A stretch of DNA of 64,000 nt from Octopus sinensis (taxonomy: Eukaryota): contig NC_043001.1 of NCBI RefSeq assembly GCF_006345805.1, forward strand, positions 134,354,001-134,418,000, read 5' to 3'. Below the pieces are notes generated by a model that did not search any database, had not been told where the DNA came from, and worked only from the letters and a program-made list of their open reading frames with translations. Positions 62,379 through 64,000 of this stretch are shown in pieces. Numbering within the stretch: the stretch's first letter is position 1; the number at the start of each line of letters is the position of its first letter. A program made the position numbers and the translations under genes.

Positions 62379-64000
62379 CCCCTTAATGGATCAATTATTT
62401 TGACATGGCGTTTCATTTCAGGGCATATTTTTTAATTATATACATTGTGTTAATTACAAAAAGTTTTTTTTATCTTGTTTCCTTTATTTTTTATTATAGA
62501 AATTAAAATGTACTTTTACTCATTTGGATTTAAACGAATTAACTCGGACATTGAAAAAATACATATAACTTAATTATCTTATAAAAAATTGAAGATTTCG
62601 ATTTTTTTTATAAGATGTATTGCTTTTAAATCAAAGGAAAATTTTTTTAAAATGAGATACAGTTTATTTAGAATGATAATTTTTAAAACAAGGAGTTACA
62701 CAAAGTTATCTTGCAGACATCACACACGTATCTGCTTTCTCTTTGAATCTTCTTTCCTTTAGCGTCTCTCTTCTCTGCGCATTTTGCATACTGTCTTGTA
62801 GGGTTCTTTTTCTTATCACTTGGTGGTATTTCCATGGGAAAGTGGCCAGCTGGGGCAAATCTTGTTGGATGTGGGATCAATGATGGTCTTCCTGGTTTTG
62901 TGGGAGGCAATAAGGGCCTATATTTTTCAATAATCTTGGTGATTATTTGCATTCTAAATTTCAGCAGTTTCATACCAGAAGCTGAAGTTTCCAAAGATGC
63001 TTTATACAAAACATAAGCATTCCAGATAGCCAAATCCATCAAATGAAAAAATACATTTTTTATATTTTTTCCCACATTTCCTTGTGGTGGGATAATTGAC
63101 GAGATGCTGATCAACTCCCATTGTAGAATTGTAGTCACTGACAACTTTTGGTCGATTCTTCACCCCTCTTCTTGTCTGAACTTATTCTTGGGCTGGATTA
63201 TGAATAGTCAAAAGAAATGAAACCTCTTTCTTATCCTTCCATTTGAGTATCATAGCCTTCCTCGGTGATAAGCACTAACCTGACCGGTCTTCAATTTGCT
63301 TTTCTTTATTCCTTTGGGAACCTCTTTTCTATTTAGTCGCAAGTTCCATAAACATCTGTTTTATTTGCAGTCAATTGGGGGCTGCTGTAATAGTTGTCAA
63401 TGGTCAAGCAATGACCCTTATTTAGTAAGGGCTTCATCAAGGTCATAACTTGTGAAGAAATAGGGAAGTCTTTAAATTCAGGATCAAAACAAGTACCTTC
63501 GCTGACATAAACTATAAAAGACCATACTCAGCCAGTTGTAGATTCACAGAGCATAAAATATTTTATTCCAAATTGTGAACGTTTGATTGGAATAAACTGA
63601 ACCCAGGCAATTCTTCCTTTATAAAGCATAAGAGATTCGTCAATTGTTACATTTTTTCCAAGGTTGTAAAATTTTTGAAACTTCTCTTCTAGGACTTGGT
63701 AAATTTTGTAGATCTTGCAAAGTTTTGGGTTTGGATGAGTTTCTCAATCAAATGAATCATTGTTCGTAAAATGCAAGTATTCTCGAATCTTCTTGTAACG
63801 TCAGTATGACATTGTATTTGCAAATATTGGAGTTTCAAGCAAAGGATCTTTGCCCCAATACATTTCCTCCTCTGGTTTCTTGACAATACCCATCGACGTT
63901 TTCACACCAAGAAACATCATTTCAGATGGAGTAACAGGCTCCCAATTTGATGCTTTACTTTCAGCCATTCAATTCGTTTCTTTGCATGTAAGATCCAAAA
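62379..64000 (-). mobile_element. piggyBac (PGBD4-like) transposase pseudogene, runs off the window end
   Basis: Minus strand YWGKDPLLETPIF, LHFTNN, VTIDESLMLYKGR..VQFIPIKRSQFGIK, FFHLMDLAIWNAYVLY and a C-terminal Cys-rich region (RYVCDVCKITLC); stops and frameshifts; tentative end TTCA|CCCC. Confidence 0.88.

Overview
AT-rich, intron- and repeat-dominated animal genomic DNA. The SINE/LINE families and (TA)n/(TG)n microsatellite load look like octopus (coleoid cephalopod); this is pattern recognition, not a database hit. Two protein genes are arranged head-to-head. On the - strand is the first coding exon of HAPSTR1/C16orf72 (24571-24769); no later exon was recognised, so intron 1 probably exceeds 24.5 kb and leaves the window. 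On the + strand are coding exons 1-8 of the deubiquitinase USP7 (28341-62220; 741 nt, 247 aa): the N-terminal Q-rich segment, the MATH/TRAF domain and the start of the catalytic domain with the [10 protein letters not shown] Cys box. All eight exons have GT-AG boundaries with compatible phases. The rest is tRNA-derived SINEs (at least 4 families), RTE-clade LINE fragments and their 5'-truncated 3' UTRs, Tc1/mariner and piggyBac relics, MITEs and microsatellites. Main highlights: (1) the HAPSTR1-USP7 divergent pair, also neighbours in human and biochemically linked; (2) a candidate alternative first coding exon of USP7; (3) a TSD-flanked RTE insertion with a twin-priming 5' inversion; (4) a PHD finger embedded in an RTE reverse transcriptase; (5) a pre-tRNA-Arg/RTE-tail chimera; (6) a ~590 bp foldback element with a telomere-like centre. 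All homology calls come from recognising motifs by eye; no searches were run.
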